Shown piece by piece: positions 10,255 through 22,521 of a DNA stretch of 64,000 nucleotides; the stretch's first letter is position 1; every line of letters starts with the position of its first letter. Both the position numbers and the translations under genes were made by a program. The stretch spans positions 25,317 to 89,316 of the forward strand of contig JAPKMR010000007.1 of the NCBI GenBank assembly GCA_026645815.1, read 5' to 3'. The notes under the pieces were generated by a model. The model was not told the DNA's origin and did not search any database. It saw only the letters and a list, made by a program, of their open reading frames with translations. Source of the DNA: Anaerolineae bacterium. GTDB lineage: Bacteria; Chloroflexota; Anaerolineae; B4-G1; SLSP01.

Positions 10255-11490
10255 TTACTCGTACCTCAGCGCGTCAATAGGATTGAGCGCTGCCGCGCGT
10301 TGCGCGGGATAGATGCCGAAGAACAGTCCCACAGCGGCAGAGAACAAAGTCGCCAGCAAGACTGACCCCGCTGTGATCACTGCGTTGAAGCCCTGATCGC
10401 GCAGCAAACTGGATATGACCAAAGCCCCTGCTGCGCCAAGGGTGATTCCCAATGCGCCGCCTGCCGTTGAGAGCAAAATCGCTTCAATCAAGAATTGCCA
10501 GAGGATGTCCCTTCGCCGAGCGCCTACAGCTTTGCGCAACCCGATTTCTCTTGTGCGTTCGGTGACAGAAACAAGCATAATGTTCATGATACCGATTCCC
10601 CCGACCAGCAGGCTTATTCCAGCTATCGCTCCCAGGAAAACCGTGAGCACACTTGTGATTTGCTGGAATGTTCCAATGAGATCCGATTGGCTGATTGCGG
10701 AGAAGTCGTCAGGTTCACCCGGCAGGATGTTATGACGTTGTCGCAGGATGGCAGAGACCTCTGTGATTGCGGCATTCATCCGCTCCCCGCTGACCGCTTG
10801 TACGTAGATCATGGCAAGCCTGGGCTCGCCTTGGGGTGTGCGACGCGGGAAGAGCCGGTTTGTGGCTGTGTTTAGGGGGATAAAGGCAACATCATCCTCA
10901 CTCCCGAACTGTCCCCCACCACGCTCTGTCATCACACCAATGACACGAAAGGGCACATTGTTGACGCGTACCAGTTCTCCGGTAGGGTCGGGTGTATCAG
11001 GGAATAGCACATCGGCAACGATTTTTCCAAGGACAATGACCCGTGCTTCGGTTTGCTCCTCGAGCGAAGTAATGAAAGTTCCGACCGCAGGATACCATTC
11101 GCGGACATCCGCATATTCTGCCGTGACGCCTTGTACTTGTGTGGTTTTATCACGTCCGGGGATGGTGAGTTGCCCATCCCCGCGTGTCATTGGCGCGACG
11201 CGCAACACGTCGGGCGCCAGGAAGGGGTCTCTCAGGGCTTCGGCGTCTTTGAGTGTCAGATAAGCAGGACGGCTGAGTTCCTCACGTAGAGAACCGGGGA
11301 TTAAGAAGAAGATATTGGCTCCAATTGACTGAAACTGTGCTGTTATGTAGGATTGAACACCTTCTCCCACTGAAAGTAGTGTGATCACAGCTCCCACACC
11401 GATGATAATTCCCAACATGGTCAAGGCGGCGCGGAGTTTGTTCGTTGCCAATGCTCGCAAGGCTAACCGCAGGCTCTCCAGCAATCTCAT
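10255..11490 (-). CDS. MacB/FtsX-family ABC transporter permease
   Basis: LTMLGIIIGVGAVI, GGIGIMNIMLVSVTERTREIGLRKAVGA, LNPIDALRYE. Confidence 0.93.
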   Translation of the reverse strand: MRLLESLRLALRALATNKLRAALTMLGIIIGVGAVITLLSVGEGVQSYITAQFQSIGANIFFLIPGSLREELSRPAYLTLKDAEALRDPFLAPDVLRVAPMTRGDGQLTIPGRDKTTQVQGVTAEYADVREWYPAVGTFITSLEEQTEARVIVLGKIVADVLFPDTPDPTGELVRVNNVPFRVIGVMTERGGGQFGSEDDVAFIPLNTATNRLFPRRTPQGEPRLAMIYVQAVSGERMNAAITEVSAILRQRHNILPGEPDDFSAISQSDLIGTFQQITSVLTVFLGAIAGISLLVGGIGIMNIMLVSVTERTREIGLRKAVGARRRDILWQFLIEAILLSTAGGALGITLGAAGALVISSLLRDQGFNAVITAGSVLLATLFSAAVGLFFGIYPAQRAAALNPIDALRYE

Positions 11491-12248
11491 TGCTGAGCCT
11501 CCTGTAATGTGCCCGCATCATCCTGCTCGACTATGGTAGCGTCTATGGGATCCTTGACATTCTCTTCTTTGGAGACGACACCATCAAAGATATGCAGAAT
11601 CCGATTTGCATAGCGACCAATATTCGCGTCATGCGTGACCAGGATAACGGTAATACCCTGTTCACGGTTAAGGCGCTGCAGGATCGCCATCACTTCTCTG
11701 CCTGAACGACTGTCGAGATTGCCGGTGGGTTCGTCGGCGAGGATGATTGAGGGGTTATTCACCAGCGCACGTGCGATTGCCACGCGTTGTTGTTGCCCCC
11801 CAGAAAGCTCATTGGGCAGATGGTGCATGCGTTCACCTAATCCCACCGCACGTAGCACCTCCTCTGCGCGCTGGCGCCGCATTCTTTGACTGGCGCCAGC
11901 GTAAATAAGCGGGAGCTGCACATTTTCAAGTGCCGAGGTGCGCGCCAGCAAGTTAAAACTCTGGAATACAAACCCAACCCGCTGATTGCGCACTGCCGCC
12001 AGCGCGTCATCCTGCATATTGCTGACATCGGCTCCATCAAGATAATACTTGCCTGAGGTCGGTTGATCCAGGCATCCCAGAATATTCATCAGGGTGGATT
12101 TTCCAGAACCGGAGGGTCCCATGATTGCCACAGCTTCGCCGCGTCGGATGGTCATGTTGACACCGCGTAGGGCGTGTACTTCCTGAGTGCCCATCTGGTA
12201 TATTTTCCGCAAATCACTTACAGTGATGACAGCATTATCCATGTGCAC
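11487..12248 (-). CDS. MacB/LolD-type ABC transporter ATP-binding protein
   Basis: GPSGSGKST, LSGGQQQRVAIARAL, ILADEPTGNLD. Confidence 0.95.
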   Translation of the reverse strand: MHMDNAVITVSDLRKIYQMGTQEVHALRGVNMTIRRGEAVAIMGPSGSGKSTLMNILGCLDQPTSGKYYLDGADVSNMQDDALAAVRNQRVGFVFQSFNLLARTSALENVQLPLIYAGASQRMRRQRAEEVLRAVGLGERMHHLPNELSGGQQQRVAIARALVNNPSIILADEPTGNLDSRSGREVMAILQRLNREQGITVILVTHDANIGRYANRILHIFDGVVSKEENVKDPIDATIVEQDDAGTLQEAQQ

Positions 12249-12254
12249 TCTCCA

Positions 12255-13673
12255 TTAGCGCATTCCGGATGGTGGACCGGTCAATTCGAGGAGATTGAGC
12301 CGTTCTTCAGTCACCAGCGCTACTATGGCCCCCGCGTCCAGACCTTCGAGAACCTGTGTGAAGCTCTCGTTACGTTCGCCAAGTGTGATGACAACGCGCT
12401 GTGGTTGCTGTTCACCATCAACGCAATAGCAATATGTGAAAAGTTCCCGACTTGTAGGATCGGTACGAATGGCCCAGTTAGGGATCAAGACCACATCCTG
12501 GAGTTGGCGGGTACGAATCAGAATGCTGGCAGTCATGCCGTCGCGGATGGCAACACTCTCGTTCGGAGCGATGCGCACACGTACGGGATAGGCGATTACG
12601 CCGGCAATATTGGTGGCAAGGGGGGCAATCCTTACTACTTCACCATCGAGCGTTACGTCGGCATAGGCATCAAGCGTGATAGTGGCTTGCTGACCGAGCT
12701 GGATTTTGCCGATGTCTGTCTCGTCCACGGTCACATCTACGAAGAAGACACTGTCATCAATAAGCGTAATCGCTGCCGCAGTTGTGGGCGCCGCGACGCC
12801 AGAAAGCAGGTTCACGGCGGCGACTATGCCGTCAAAAGGTGACTTGAGCGAAGCTGCTTCTAAATCCTCTTGGGCTTGTGTCAATGCCAGCTGGGCGATC
12901 TTGATGTCTAGATCGCTACTTTCAAGGTTGTTTTCACTTGGCCCTTCTTCTAATTGCACAAGGTTGTCTTGCGCTTCCTGGTAGGCATTCCATGCCTGAG
13001 TAACTTCAGTCTGCACGCGAGTGCGTTCCACGTCGGCTTGCTGTTGCAGGCGTGTCCAGGCCCAATAGGCATTATCAGCAGCTTCGCGTGCGCGGTCGCG
13101 CGTCCAATCGCTGGTCTTGCCTTCTTCAAATTCCATTTGGCGCATTCCAAATTGTGTCTGCAGGTGCCTAAAGCGTTCTTCGGCGCTGGTCAGGTCTTCA
13201 TTGAGCAGGCTGCTGCTCATCACACGCGTATAATTCAGCCGCGCAATATTCAAAGTAGATGCAGTCTGGCTAATGGCATTGCGTGCCCGGCGCAGATCCT
13301 CTTCACTAACGGGTTCGGTCAGTTGCTTTTTCCGAAGTTCCGCTTGTTCCAGCGTGATGCTGCTTCGCTCGACGGCTCGTTGCAGTGTTGTAGTATCCAG
13401 TTGTGCCAGAGTCTCACCTTCAGAAACATGATCCCCGACGGCGACATGGAGGCTTTCGACTGTACCTGGCACGGTGAAGCGCAGGTCCACCCGTTGATTA
13501 GCGACAACGTTGCCACTTACTGCTACGGTTATGTCCAAATCACCACGTATAGTTTCACCTGTGCGCAGCACCTCGAGTCTGGTACGTGGTTCTTGCCGGC
13601 GATACCACAAATATCCTCCAATGGCAGCTATGAGTAATGCCACAATAAGTAGCCAGCCCCAGATTTTCTTCAT
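12255..13673 (-). CDS. MacA-like efflux adaptor (membrane fusion) protein
   Basis: N-terminal TM, lipoyl-like halves (VAVGDHVSEG...LKSPFDGIV), long coiled coil, VDETDIGKI. Confidence 0.88.
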   Translation of the reverse strand: MKKIWGWLLIVALLIAAIGGYLWYRRQEPRTRLEVLRTGETIRGDLDITVAVSGNVVANQRVDLRFTVPGTVESLHVAVGDHVSEGETLAQLDTTTLQRAVERSSITLEQAELRKKQLTEPVSEEDLRRARNAISQTASTLNIARLNYTRVMSSSLLNEDLTSAEERFRHLQTQFGMRQMEFEEGKTSDWTRDRAREAADNAYWAWTRLQQQADVERTRVQTEVTQAWNAYQEAQDNLVQLEEGPSENNLESSDLDIKIAQLALTQAQEDLEAASLKSPFDGIVAAVNLLSGVAAPTTAAAITLIDDSVFFVDVTVDETDIGKIQLGQQATITLDAYADVTLDGEVVRIAPLATNIAGVIAYPVRVRIAPNESVAIRDGMTASILIRTRQLQDVVLIPNWAIRTDPTSRELFTYCYCVDGEQQPQRVVITLGERNESFTQVLEGLDAGAIVALVTEERLNLLELTGPPSGMR

Positions 13674-13742
13674 ATTACACCTCCGTTATTTGTAGCCGCG
13701 ATTCTACTGTGCCGCAGCATATGTGCATGTTTCTCATACCAT

Positions 13743-13781
13743 AAAAACCCTCCCTCTCCAGGCGTGAGGAGAAGGAGGGTT
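13743..13781 (-). terminator. Probable terminator downstream of mreB
   Basis: AACCCTCC..TCTCC / GGAGA..GGAGGGTT stem with an A-run on the + strand (U-tract on the - strand). Confidence 0.6.
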
Positions 13782-13795
13782 ATATCGTGTTTTAC

Positions 13796-14806
13796 CTACA
13801 TCTCCGATAGTGTTCGTTGAAGGACGGGGATGAGCGCCAGGGCTTTTCCTGCGCCGATGGCAACGCATGCCATGGGTGCATCTGCGACATATACGGGCAC
13901 GCCGGTCTCTTGCGTTAGCAACTGGTCTATGTTGCGTAGCAACGCGCCGCCGCCAATCATCGTCATGCCTCGATCAATGATATCGGACGCCAGCTCAGGC
14001 GGGGTGCGTTCCAGCACACCTTTCACCATGCCGATAATGATCCCCAGGGATTCTTCGAGCGCTTCGACGATGTCATCGGTGTTGATGCTGACACTGCGTG
14101 GCAGACCGGTGACCTGATCACGCCCTTGCACTTCCATGCGCAGCGGATCACCTTCGAGGGGGAGTGCGGCTCCAATGCGGATTTTTGCTTCTTCAGCGGT
14201 GGGCATGCCGATCATGAGGTTATATTTGCGGCGAATAAAGGCGGCGATAGCTTCGTCCATGCGCACACCGCCAACACGCACTGCCGAGGATGTGACGACG
14301 CCGTAGACTGATAGCACAGCTGCTTCGCTCGCGCCCCCGCCGAGATCAATGATCATGTGCCCACCTGGAGTGTGAATGGGCAACCCGGCGCCAATAGCGC
14401 CTGCCAGTGGTTCGGGGATCGCATAAGCACGTCCAGCACCGGCTTCGAAGGCGGCATCTTTGACGGCTTTGCGTTCCACCTGTGTCACACCAAATGGAAC
14501 CGTGATCATCAATCGAGGCTTAAACAACCGATGCTGTCCTATGGCGCGCTGGAGGAAGGTTTGAATCATTTCTTTGGTGACGCGGTAATCGGCGATGACG
14601 CCGTCGCGCAGCGGACGGCGAACCTGAAGGGTCTCGGGTGCGCGCCCTAACATGGCTCGCGCTTCCTCTCCAACTGCAATCACACGTCCTGTGTTTATTT
14701 CCTGGGCAACGACCGAGGGTTCTTGCAGAACAATGCCTCGTCCACGTACGTAGACGAGGACATTTACGGTTCCAAGGTCAATTCCCACTTCAGCTACAAG
14801 CGCCAT
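13796..14806 (-). CDS. mreB: Rod shape-determining actin homolog MreB/Mbl
   Basis: [33 protein letters not shown]. Confidence 0.93.
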   Translation of the reverse strand: MALVAEVGIDLGTVNVLVYVRGRGIVLQEPSVVAQEINTGRVIAVGEEARAMLGRAPETLQVRRPLRDGVIADYRVTKEMIQTFLQRAIGQHRLFKPRLMITVPFGVTQVERKAVKDAAFEAGAGRAYAIPEPLAGAIGAGLPIHTPGGHMIIDLGGGASEAAVLSVYGVVTSSAVRVGGVRMDEAIAAFIRRKYNLMIGMPTAEEAKIRIGAALPLEGDPLRMEVQGRDQVTGLPRSVSINTDDIVEALEESLGIIIGMVKGVLERTPPELASDIIDRGMTMIGGGALLRNIDQLLTQETGVPVYVADAPMACVAIGAGKALALIPVLQRTLSEM

Positions 14807-14922
14807 ACTCCCTCTTTCATCATCTTACCTGGTCGGCAGGTAAAGATGATTGTATCTGCACAATAAGTCCTTGTTGATAATACACGATTTGACCGATTTG
14901 TCCACTGTCCTTGCCGGAGTAA

Positions 14923-17058
<2,136 letters not shown>

Positions 17059-17059
<1 letters not shown>

Positions 17060-17328
17060 TGATCAAGAAGCATGGTTGGACACGAGAGCTGGCTCAGGAG
17101 GGCATGCGTGCGATGTCGCTGGGCTGGGAGCTGGCAATGCCCATATTTGGCGGCGTGTTGTTGGGCTATTACCTGGATCGCTGGCTTGATACCGGTCATA
17201 ATTTCACGATTGGATTGTTAGTGGCGGGTATAGGTATGGGTTTCTACAATATCTGGCGTTTCGGGCAGCGGTTTGCGGAGAAGACTCACCGCTCTGCCGA
17301 TACTGATGTACATGAGAGCAAAAAATGA
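17059..17328 (+). CDS. atpQ: AtpQ (AtpZ/AtpI-family) membrane subunit
   Basis: LGWELAMPIFGGVLLGYYLDRW, two TMs; N-ATPase gene order. Confidence 0.8.
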
Positions 17329-17642
17329 AAGCCATACTTGATGCTATTATGTGGTGGAGTATTGGCGTGTTCTTGGCTTGGGTAATGCTTCGTAGCCAGG
17401 TTGCGACGGTTTCTCGAATGCGGGTCACTGCAAGGTGGAGTTTTGTCTGGAGCTTGGGAGTGGGTTTGTTGTTTCGCCTACTCTTTGCGGCATTAGTGTT
17501 GCTGGGGGCTGCGCGTGCGGGCTTAGTGCCACTGCTCTGGGTGTTGGGGGGCTTCTGGTCTGCGCGTATGGTGTTAATCGTTCAACTGCACCGGGGGCGG
17601 ATATTCCGCAGATATTTGTGGCGGGAAGCTGATACGGGTTAG
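17325..17642 (+). CDS. atpR: AtpR, N-ATPase-specific membrane subunit
   Basis: Small hydrophobic protein with intramembrane Arg (LLFRLL, GFWSAR) between atpQ and atpB. Confidence 0.7.
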   Translation: MKAILDAIMWWSIGVFLAWVMLRSQVATVSRMRVTARWSFVWSLGVGLLFRLLFAALVLLGAARAGLVPLLWVLGGFWSARMVLIVQLHRGRIFRRYLWREADTG

Positions 17643-17651
17643 GAGGCTAGA

Positions 17652-18308
17652 ATGAATGTTGCGCCCCATGCCGCTATTACGCTTTTTGGCGGGCGGCTTG
17701 TGATAACCAATACGGTGACCTCTACATGGGCCATGATAGCTGTCATTATGGGGGTGTCTTGGTATCTTTACCGGCGCTATCCCATGGCTTTGGAGATGCT
17801 GATAGATTTCCTCACCGATTTGGTTGCGGACGTGGTTGGTGCAGATACAGCACATCTTTACATGCCTTTCTTGGGGGCATTGGCCATTTTTATCGCTTTT
17901 GCCAACCTCATTGGTGTAGTACCTGGTTTTGTCTCACCAACGCGCGACGTGAATACCCCGGCGGCATTGGCAATCCTCGTCTTTTTCGCGGTGCATTACT
18001 TTGGTATCAACGCGAAGGGCTGGCTACAATATCTCAAGGATTTAGCATCTCCGTTATATTTGCTACCCCTGACATTGCCCCTGGAGTTAATCGGGCAGTT
18101 CAGCCGAACTCTCTCACTGACATTAAGGCTCTTTGGAAATGTGCTTAGTGGAGAGATGGTGGTTGCCGTCATTTTTTCCCTGGTACAACCTTTGTTGCAA
18201 CTGCCGCTAGTAGGGTTGAGTTTGTTTACAGGTTTGCTTCAGGCATATATCTTCACTGTTTTGGCGGTGGTTTATATTGGTGCTGGTATCGCCGCCAGCG
18301 ATTCTTGA
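17652..18308 (+). CDS. atpB: ATPase Fo subunit a
   Basis: SPTRDVNT, SRTLSLTLRLFGN (essential Arg), LLQAYIF. Confidence 0.93.
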   Translation: MNVAPHAAITLFGGRLVITNTVTSTWAMIAVIMGVSWYLYRRYPMALEMLIDFLTDLVADVVGADTAHLYMPFLGALAIFIAFANLIGVVPGFVSPTRDVNTPAALAILVFFAVHYFGINAKGWLQYLKDLASPLYLLPLTLPLELIGQFSRTLSLTLRLFGNVLSGEMVVAVIFSLVQPLLQLPLVGLSLFTGLLQAYIFTVLAVVYIGAGIAASDS

Positions 18309-18342
18309 CTTTGTCGCATTCTGAATTCGAAAAGGAGATACG

Positions 18343-18657
18343 ATGGAAAACTTAAGCCCTGAGACCTTGATCACTTTGGTTACTATTCTGGTTGCCGGAC
18401 TTGCCATTGTGGTGGGAACAATCACCCCAGCAATCGTTGAGGGCAAGGCAGCGGTCAAAGCTTTGGAGGGTATTGTGCGTCAACCAGAGGTCTCTGGCGA
18501 CTTGCGCACTACGATGATCATTGCGATGGCGCTTTTGGAATCTACGGCGATTTATACCTTGCTGGTGATTCTCATTCTGATTTTTGCGAATCCATTACTG
18601 GAACGTTTCTTCTCTAGTGGTGCACCCGAGTCGCTCTTGCATCTATTGGTTCTCTAG
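18343..18657 (+). CDS. atpE: ATPase Fo subunit c with Na+-binding signature
   Basis: PAIVEG (Glu in helix 1), RQPE loop, ESTAIY. Confidence 0.93.
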   Translation: MENLSPETLITLVTILVAGLAIVVGTITPAIVEGKAAVKALEGIVRQPEVSGDLRTTMIIAMALLESTAIYTLLVILILIFANPLLERFFSSGAPESLLHLLVL

Positions 18658-18688
18658 CGCCTGAATCTCGCTGGGAATTGAGGCGTTT

Positions 18689-19477
18689 ATGGACTTTCTT
18701 AAACCAAACTTGCAAACAGTCTTGTTTCAGATTTTCAACTTTCTGGTGTTGGCGTGGTTGCTAAACAGGTTCGTCTTCAAACGCACCATGAGCAATGTCA
18801 AGCAACGGGCGGCGGAGAAAGCTGCGCTCATGCACCAATTGGAGGTGGAGCAGCAGGCTGCTGTGACTGCCAGGGAAGATTTAGAATCTCAGTTACGCGG
18901 CATTGAATCTGAGCGACTTGCCGTGCAGACACAGGCTCGTGAAGAATCTGAATCTGAACGCCTGGCGCTGTTGCGTGCAACTCAGTCGGAAGTAGAGCAA
19001 GTGCTTGTTGAGGCGCACTCCGATGCTTATCGCATTCGAAAGCAGGCAATGGAGGAGTTCCATGAAGAACTCCTCCACACGATTCTACACATTAGTGGTT
19101 CCGTTATCTCGCAATTAGCCACCGATGAAATGCAATCCCAGCTGGTCAAACAGCTGACTGACCGTATCTGGGAAATGGGGCGCAGCGAGATGTCTCAGGT
19201 TGAGAACTTCCGGCGTTCTCTGGGCGAGAGAACGCCAACAGCCTATGTGACTACCGCTCGCTCCTTGACCCCGGACTTGCAGGGGTTGTTGGCGCGCACG
19301 TTTGCCGCCCTGGCTGACCGCAATGTGAATCTTGAAATCAAGGTGGACCCTGCACTTTCACTGGGGCTTCAAGTGCGGTTGGGTGATGTGATTGTGGATA
19401 ACTCAATTGCAACACAGTTGGACGCCCTTCGTGAAGGGGTGACTCAAGCTTTGCGGGAGTATGTAGTTGATGAGTGA
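18689..19477 (+). CDS. atpF: ATPase subunit b with fused delta-like C-terminal domain (N-ATPase type)
   Basis: FQIFNFLVLAWLLNRF, long coiled coil, C-terminal VDPALSLG...VIVDNSI. Confidence 0.88.
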   Translation: MDFLKPNLQTVLFQIFNFLVLAWLLNRFVFKRTMSNVKQRAAEKAALMHQLEVEQQAAVTAREDLESQLRGIESERLAVQTQAREESESERLALLRATQSEVEQVLVEAHSDAYRIRKQAMEEFHEELLHTILHISGSVISQLATDEMQSQLVKQLTDRIWEMGRSEMSQVENFRRSLGERTPTAYVTTARSLTPDLQGLLARTFAALADRNVNLEIKVDPALSLGLQVRLGDVIVDNSIATQLDALREGVTQALREYVVDE

Positions 19478-21158
19478 CCGTCCTCTCACCTCAAAGGACA
19501 CCGGATTGTTGCTGCAGGCACTGAGAGAGCAGATGGGTACACAGGCTCCTGAGGCGCTGTCCCGTGGATTTAACCCGGATATGGTTCGCAGTATCAGTCG
19601 AAGTATTATGGACCTTCCCGTACTGCCCCATGAGAAGGTGAATTTAGCGCCGCTGTTGACATTGCTACAATCTACCGTTGCTGACAGCAAATTGGGGCGT
19701 GTTAGCTTTCGTGCGGTGGGTACTGTACAGCATATCGGCAACGGTGTGGCGACGCTCTCTGGTTTGCCCAGTGCACGAACTGATGAACTGGTCAACTTTC
19801 CGACGGGAGTGCAAGGGCTGATTCTAAATCTGGACCATGATCATGTAGATGTGATACTCTTGGGATCGGACAGTGGTATTGTTGGTGGAGACCTGGTTAC
19901 AGCAAGCGGCAATCGCTTGCGGGTACCTGTAGGAGTGGGTCTTTTAGGGCGAATTGTCAACCCCTTGGGGCAGCCTTTGGATCAGCGTGGGATTCTGGAT
20001 GTTGCCGAATACCGCTATCTTGAGCAACGTGCGCCTGGAATCGTGGAACGTGCGCCAATCTCCCAACCTTTGCAGACCGGGTTGAAGGTATTGGATGCCC
20101 TGGTGCCTATTGGCCGCGGGCAGCGGGAATTGATTGTGGGCGACCGCCAGACTGGCAAGACCTCAATCGCTGTAGATGCCATACTCAATCAAATCGCTGA
20201 TAGTAGCATCAGCTGTGTCTATGTCGCCATCGCACAGAAAAAATCCTCAACTTTGGAGGTCATTGAGTACCTCGCCCGTTCTGGAGCTTTGGCTTATACC
20301 ACCGTGGTCATGTCCAGTCCCGATGACCCGCCCGCATTGCGTTATTTGGCGCCTTATGCCGGTTGCACTATGGCCGAAGGGTTGATGCACAGTGGGCGTG
20401 ATGTCCTTATCATCTACGATGACCTCACGAAACATGCGGACGCCTATCGTGAGCTCAGTCTCCTTTTGCGCCGTCCGCCCGGGAGAGAAGCTTATCCCGG
20501 CGATATTTTCTATCTGCATTCGCGGTTGCTAGAACGCGCTTGCCGTTTAAGTGAGGAGATGGGCGGGGGATCTTTGACAGCATTACCCATAGTGGAGACG
20601 CAGCGCGGCAATCTCGCTGGCTACATTCCTACGAATTTGATCTCTATCACCGATGGTCAGATTGTTTTGGATGTTGAGCTCTTCAATCGAGGAATCAAAC
20701 CCGCTGTGAATGCAGGACGTTCGGTATCGCGAGTGGGGGGGGCGGCGCAGACAAAAGCGATGCGCAAGCTGTCGGGACCCCTGCGGTTGGAACTTTCGCA
20801 ATATGAAGAAGTTGCTCGTTTTGCGCGCATTGGTGCAGAGGTTGATGAAACTACCCGGCGTCAGATTCGCCGGGGCCAGCGTCTGCAACTTGCATTGACC
20901 CAGGCGGCCCATGAGCCGCTCTCGCTGGTGGAGCAAGTGATTGTATTGCTTGCGGCTACTGAAGGTTTTTTCGATGAGGTGCCTCTAGAAGATATGGTCG
21001 TTTTTGAGAAGGAGCTATTGTCTCGGATCAAGGCGGATCACCCGATTATGACCGCGCAAGTCAATCGAACAGGCGACCTGACTGATGAAACCCGTGTTGC
21101 ATTTCTTGACTCAATCAAATCGTTTGTTGCCCAGTGGGCTAAATCACATGCTATCTGA
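19470..21158 (+). CDS. atpA: N-type ATPase alpha subunit (with N-terminal extension)
   Basis: GRGQRELIVGDRQTGKT, RRPPGREAYPGD, TNLISITDGQ. Confidence 0.96.
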   Translation: MSDRPLTSKDTGLLLQALREQMGTQAPEALSRGFNPDMVRSISRSIMDLPVLPHEKVNLAPLLTLLQSTVADSKLGRVSFRAVGTVQHIGNGVATLSGLPSARTDELVNFPTGVQGLILNLDHDHVDVILLGSDSGIVGGDLVTASGNRLRVPVGVGLLGRIVNPLGQPLDQRGILDVAEYRYLEQRAPGIVERAPISQPLQTGLKVLDALVPIGRGQRELIVGDRQTGKTSIAVDAILNQIADSSISCVYVAIAQKKSSTLEVIEYLARSGALAYTTVVMSSPDDPPALRYLAPYAGCTMAEGLMHSGRDVLIIYDDLTKHADAYRELSLLLRRPPGREAYPGDIFYLHSRLLERACRLSEEMGGGSLTALPIVETQRGNLAGYIPTNLISITDGQIVLDVELFNRGIKPAVNAGRSVSRVGGAAQTKAMRKLSGPLRLELSQYEEVARFARIGAEVDETTRRQIRRGQRLQLALTQAAHEPLSLVEQVIVLLAATEGFFDEVPLEDMVVFEKELLSRIKADHPIMTAQVNRTGDLTDETRVAFLDSIKSFVAQWAKSHAI

Positions 21159-21197
21159 GCTCTTGCGCTTTTGGGTTCTAGAAAGGAATGACATGGC

Positions 21198-21518
21198 ATG
21201 AAGATGATCATGGCTATTGTCCCGCGTGATCAGACAGATCATCTTTTGGAGTGTCTGATCGCTGCTGGATTTACGGCTACATTTACTGAGGGGCGTGGGG
21301 GGGTTTTGCGTCAGGCAGAGCACATGCTTTTTATTGCAGTTCCCCCAGAGGCAGTTGACACTGTACTGGAGATTATTCGTCGTAATTGCCGTTCCCCTGT
21401 GGGCGTTGAATCCAATCTTGAGCGGAATTTCAGGGCTTTGGGTGTGCAGCCTGCCGCAACTGAAGTGGGTTGGGCGATGACCTTTGTGTGGGACCTTGAG
21501 CGTGTTGAGAATTACTGA
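21198..21518 (+). CDS. PII-like protein of the DarA/PstA (cyclic di-AMP receptor, DUF970) family
   Basis: MKMIMAIV start, GF.AT...GG.L, NCR, EVG.A..FVWD.E pattern and a 106-aa length match DarA/PstA. Confidence 0.8.
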   Translation: MKMIMAIVPRDQTDHLLECLIAAGFTATFTEGRGGVLRQAEHMLFIAVPPEAVDTVLEIIRRNCRSPVGVESNLERNFRALGVQPAATEVGWAMTFVWDLERVENY

Positions 21519-21526
21519 GGTTATCG

Positions 21527-22450
21527 GTGGCTGATGCTGAGCAGCTTCGGGGACGATTGGCGAATATTCGCACCGTACAACCTGTACTTCGGGCTCTGCG
21601 CACTATCTCTTTGGGGAGTTGGCAGGCAGCCCTCAACCGGCGGGGTGGGTTACAGCGTTATGTAACCCAGCTGCAGACCTTAATTCCGCCAACTGTAGCC
21701 GCTATGGTTGAGCGCCAGTCGCCGGGGCGCTCTCGATTTTTCACCAGGCCAACGGAACCTATATCTGATGCCTCTGCCCTGGAACAGTTAACTGTGTTGG
21801 CGATTGGAACCGAACGCGGATTGTGTGGCCGTTTTAATCAGGCCGTGCTTGCTGAGGTGCTTGCCTGTTTGCAAAAACAAAGGGAAGCTGGTGTGGCAGT
21901 CAATCTGATCGTGCTAGGTTCCAGACTTGCCAGATTGCTTTCGAGAAATGGTGTGAAACCTGACCGAACGATCGCATTATCTACGTCTGCTTTGCCCTCC
22001 TTCTCCGACATTTCCGTTCTAACGCGCGATTGGCTTGATCGCTATGAGGCGTATACGCTGGATGCTGTAGACGTTATCTTCAACGCTTATCGTGGGTTGG
22101 GACGTTATGAGACTACCACACGGCGTATCATCCCTCCAGAAATCGCGCCCGTAAGCCCGACGTCTAGCTCTCTCGTGGATTCGGTGCTCAATCCGTATAT
22201 TGTTGAGACTGACCCGTGGTCGCTTTATGCTCGCGTGATAGAGCAAGAGACGATGGTCCGTTGTTATAGTCTATTGCTAGAATCTGCCACGGCTGAGCAT
22301 TCTACACGCTATCAACTTATGGAGGGGGCGACACAGAATGCGGAGCGGCTACAGGAAGAATTGACGCTTGAATTGCAGGCATTGCGCCGGCAGGCGATCA
22401 CCCGTGAGATGCAGGAATTGGCAGTGGGCGCGGGTTTGTTGCAGCGCTAG
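21527..22450 (+). CDS. atpG: N-type ATPase gamma subunit
   Basis: GTERGLCGRFN, EHSTRYQLMEGATQNA, RRQAITREMQEL. Confidence 0.92.
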   Translation: MADAEQLRGRLANIRTVQPVLRALRTISLGSWQAALNRRGGLQRYVTQLQTLIPPTVAAMVERQSPGRSRFFTRPTEPISDASALEQLTVLAIGTERGLCGRFNQAVLAEVLACLQKQREAGVAVNLIVLGSRLARLLSRNGVKPDRTIALSTSALPSFSDISVLTRDWLDRYEAYTLDAVDVIFNAYRGLGRYETTTRRIIPPEIAPVSPTSSSLVDSVLNPYIVETDPWSLYARVIEQETMVRCYSLLLESATAEHSTRYQLMEGATQNAERLQEELTLELQALRRQAITREMQELAVGAGLLQR

Positions 22451-22468
22451 TCTCAAACTGATCCATGA

Positions 22469-22507
22469 AAAAGGCACGGGGTCTCGAAAAGAGACTCCGT
22501 GCCTTTT
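22469..22507. terminator. Bidirectional terminator ending the ATPase operon
   Basis: AAAAGGCACGGGGTCTC-GAAAA-GAGACTCCGTGCCTTTT. Confidence 0.85.
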
Positions 22508-22521
22508 GAGGTCAGTATCTG

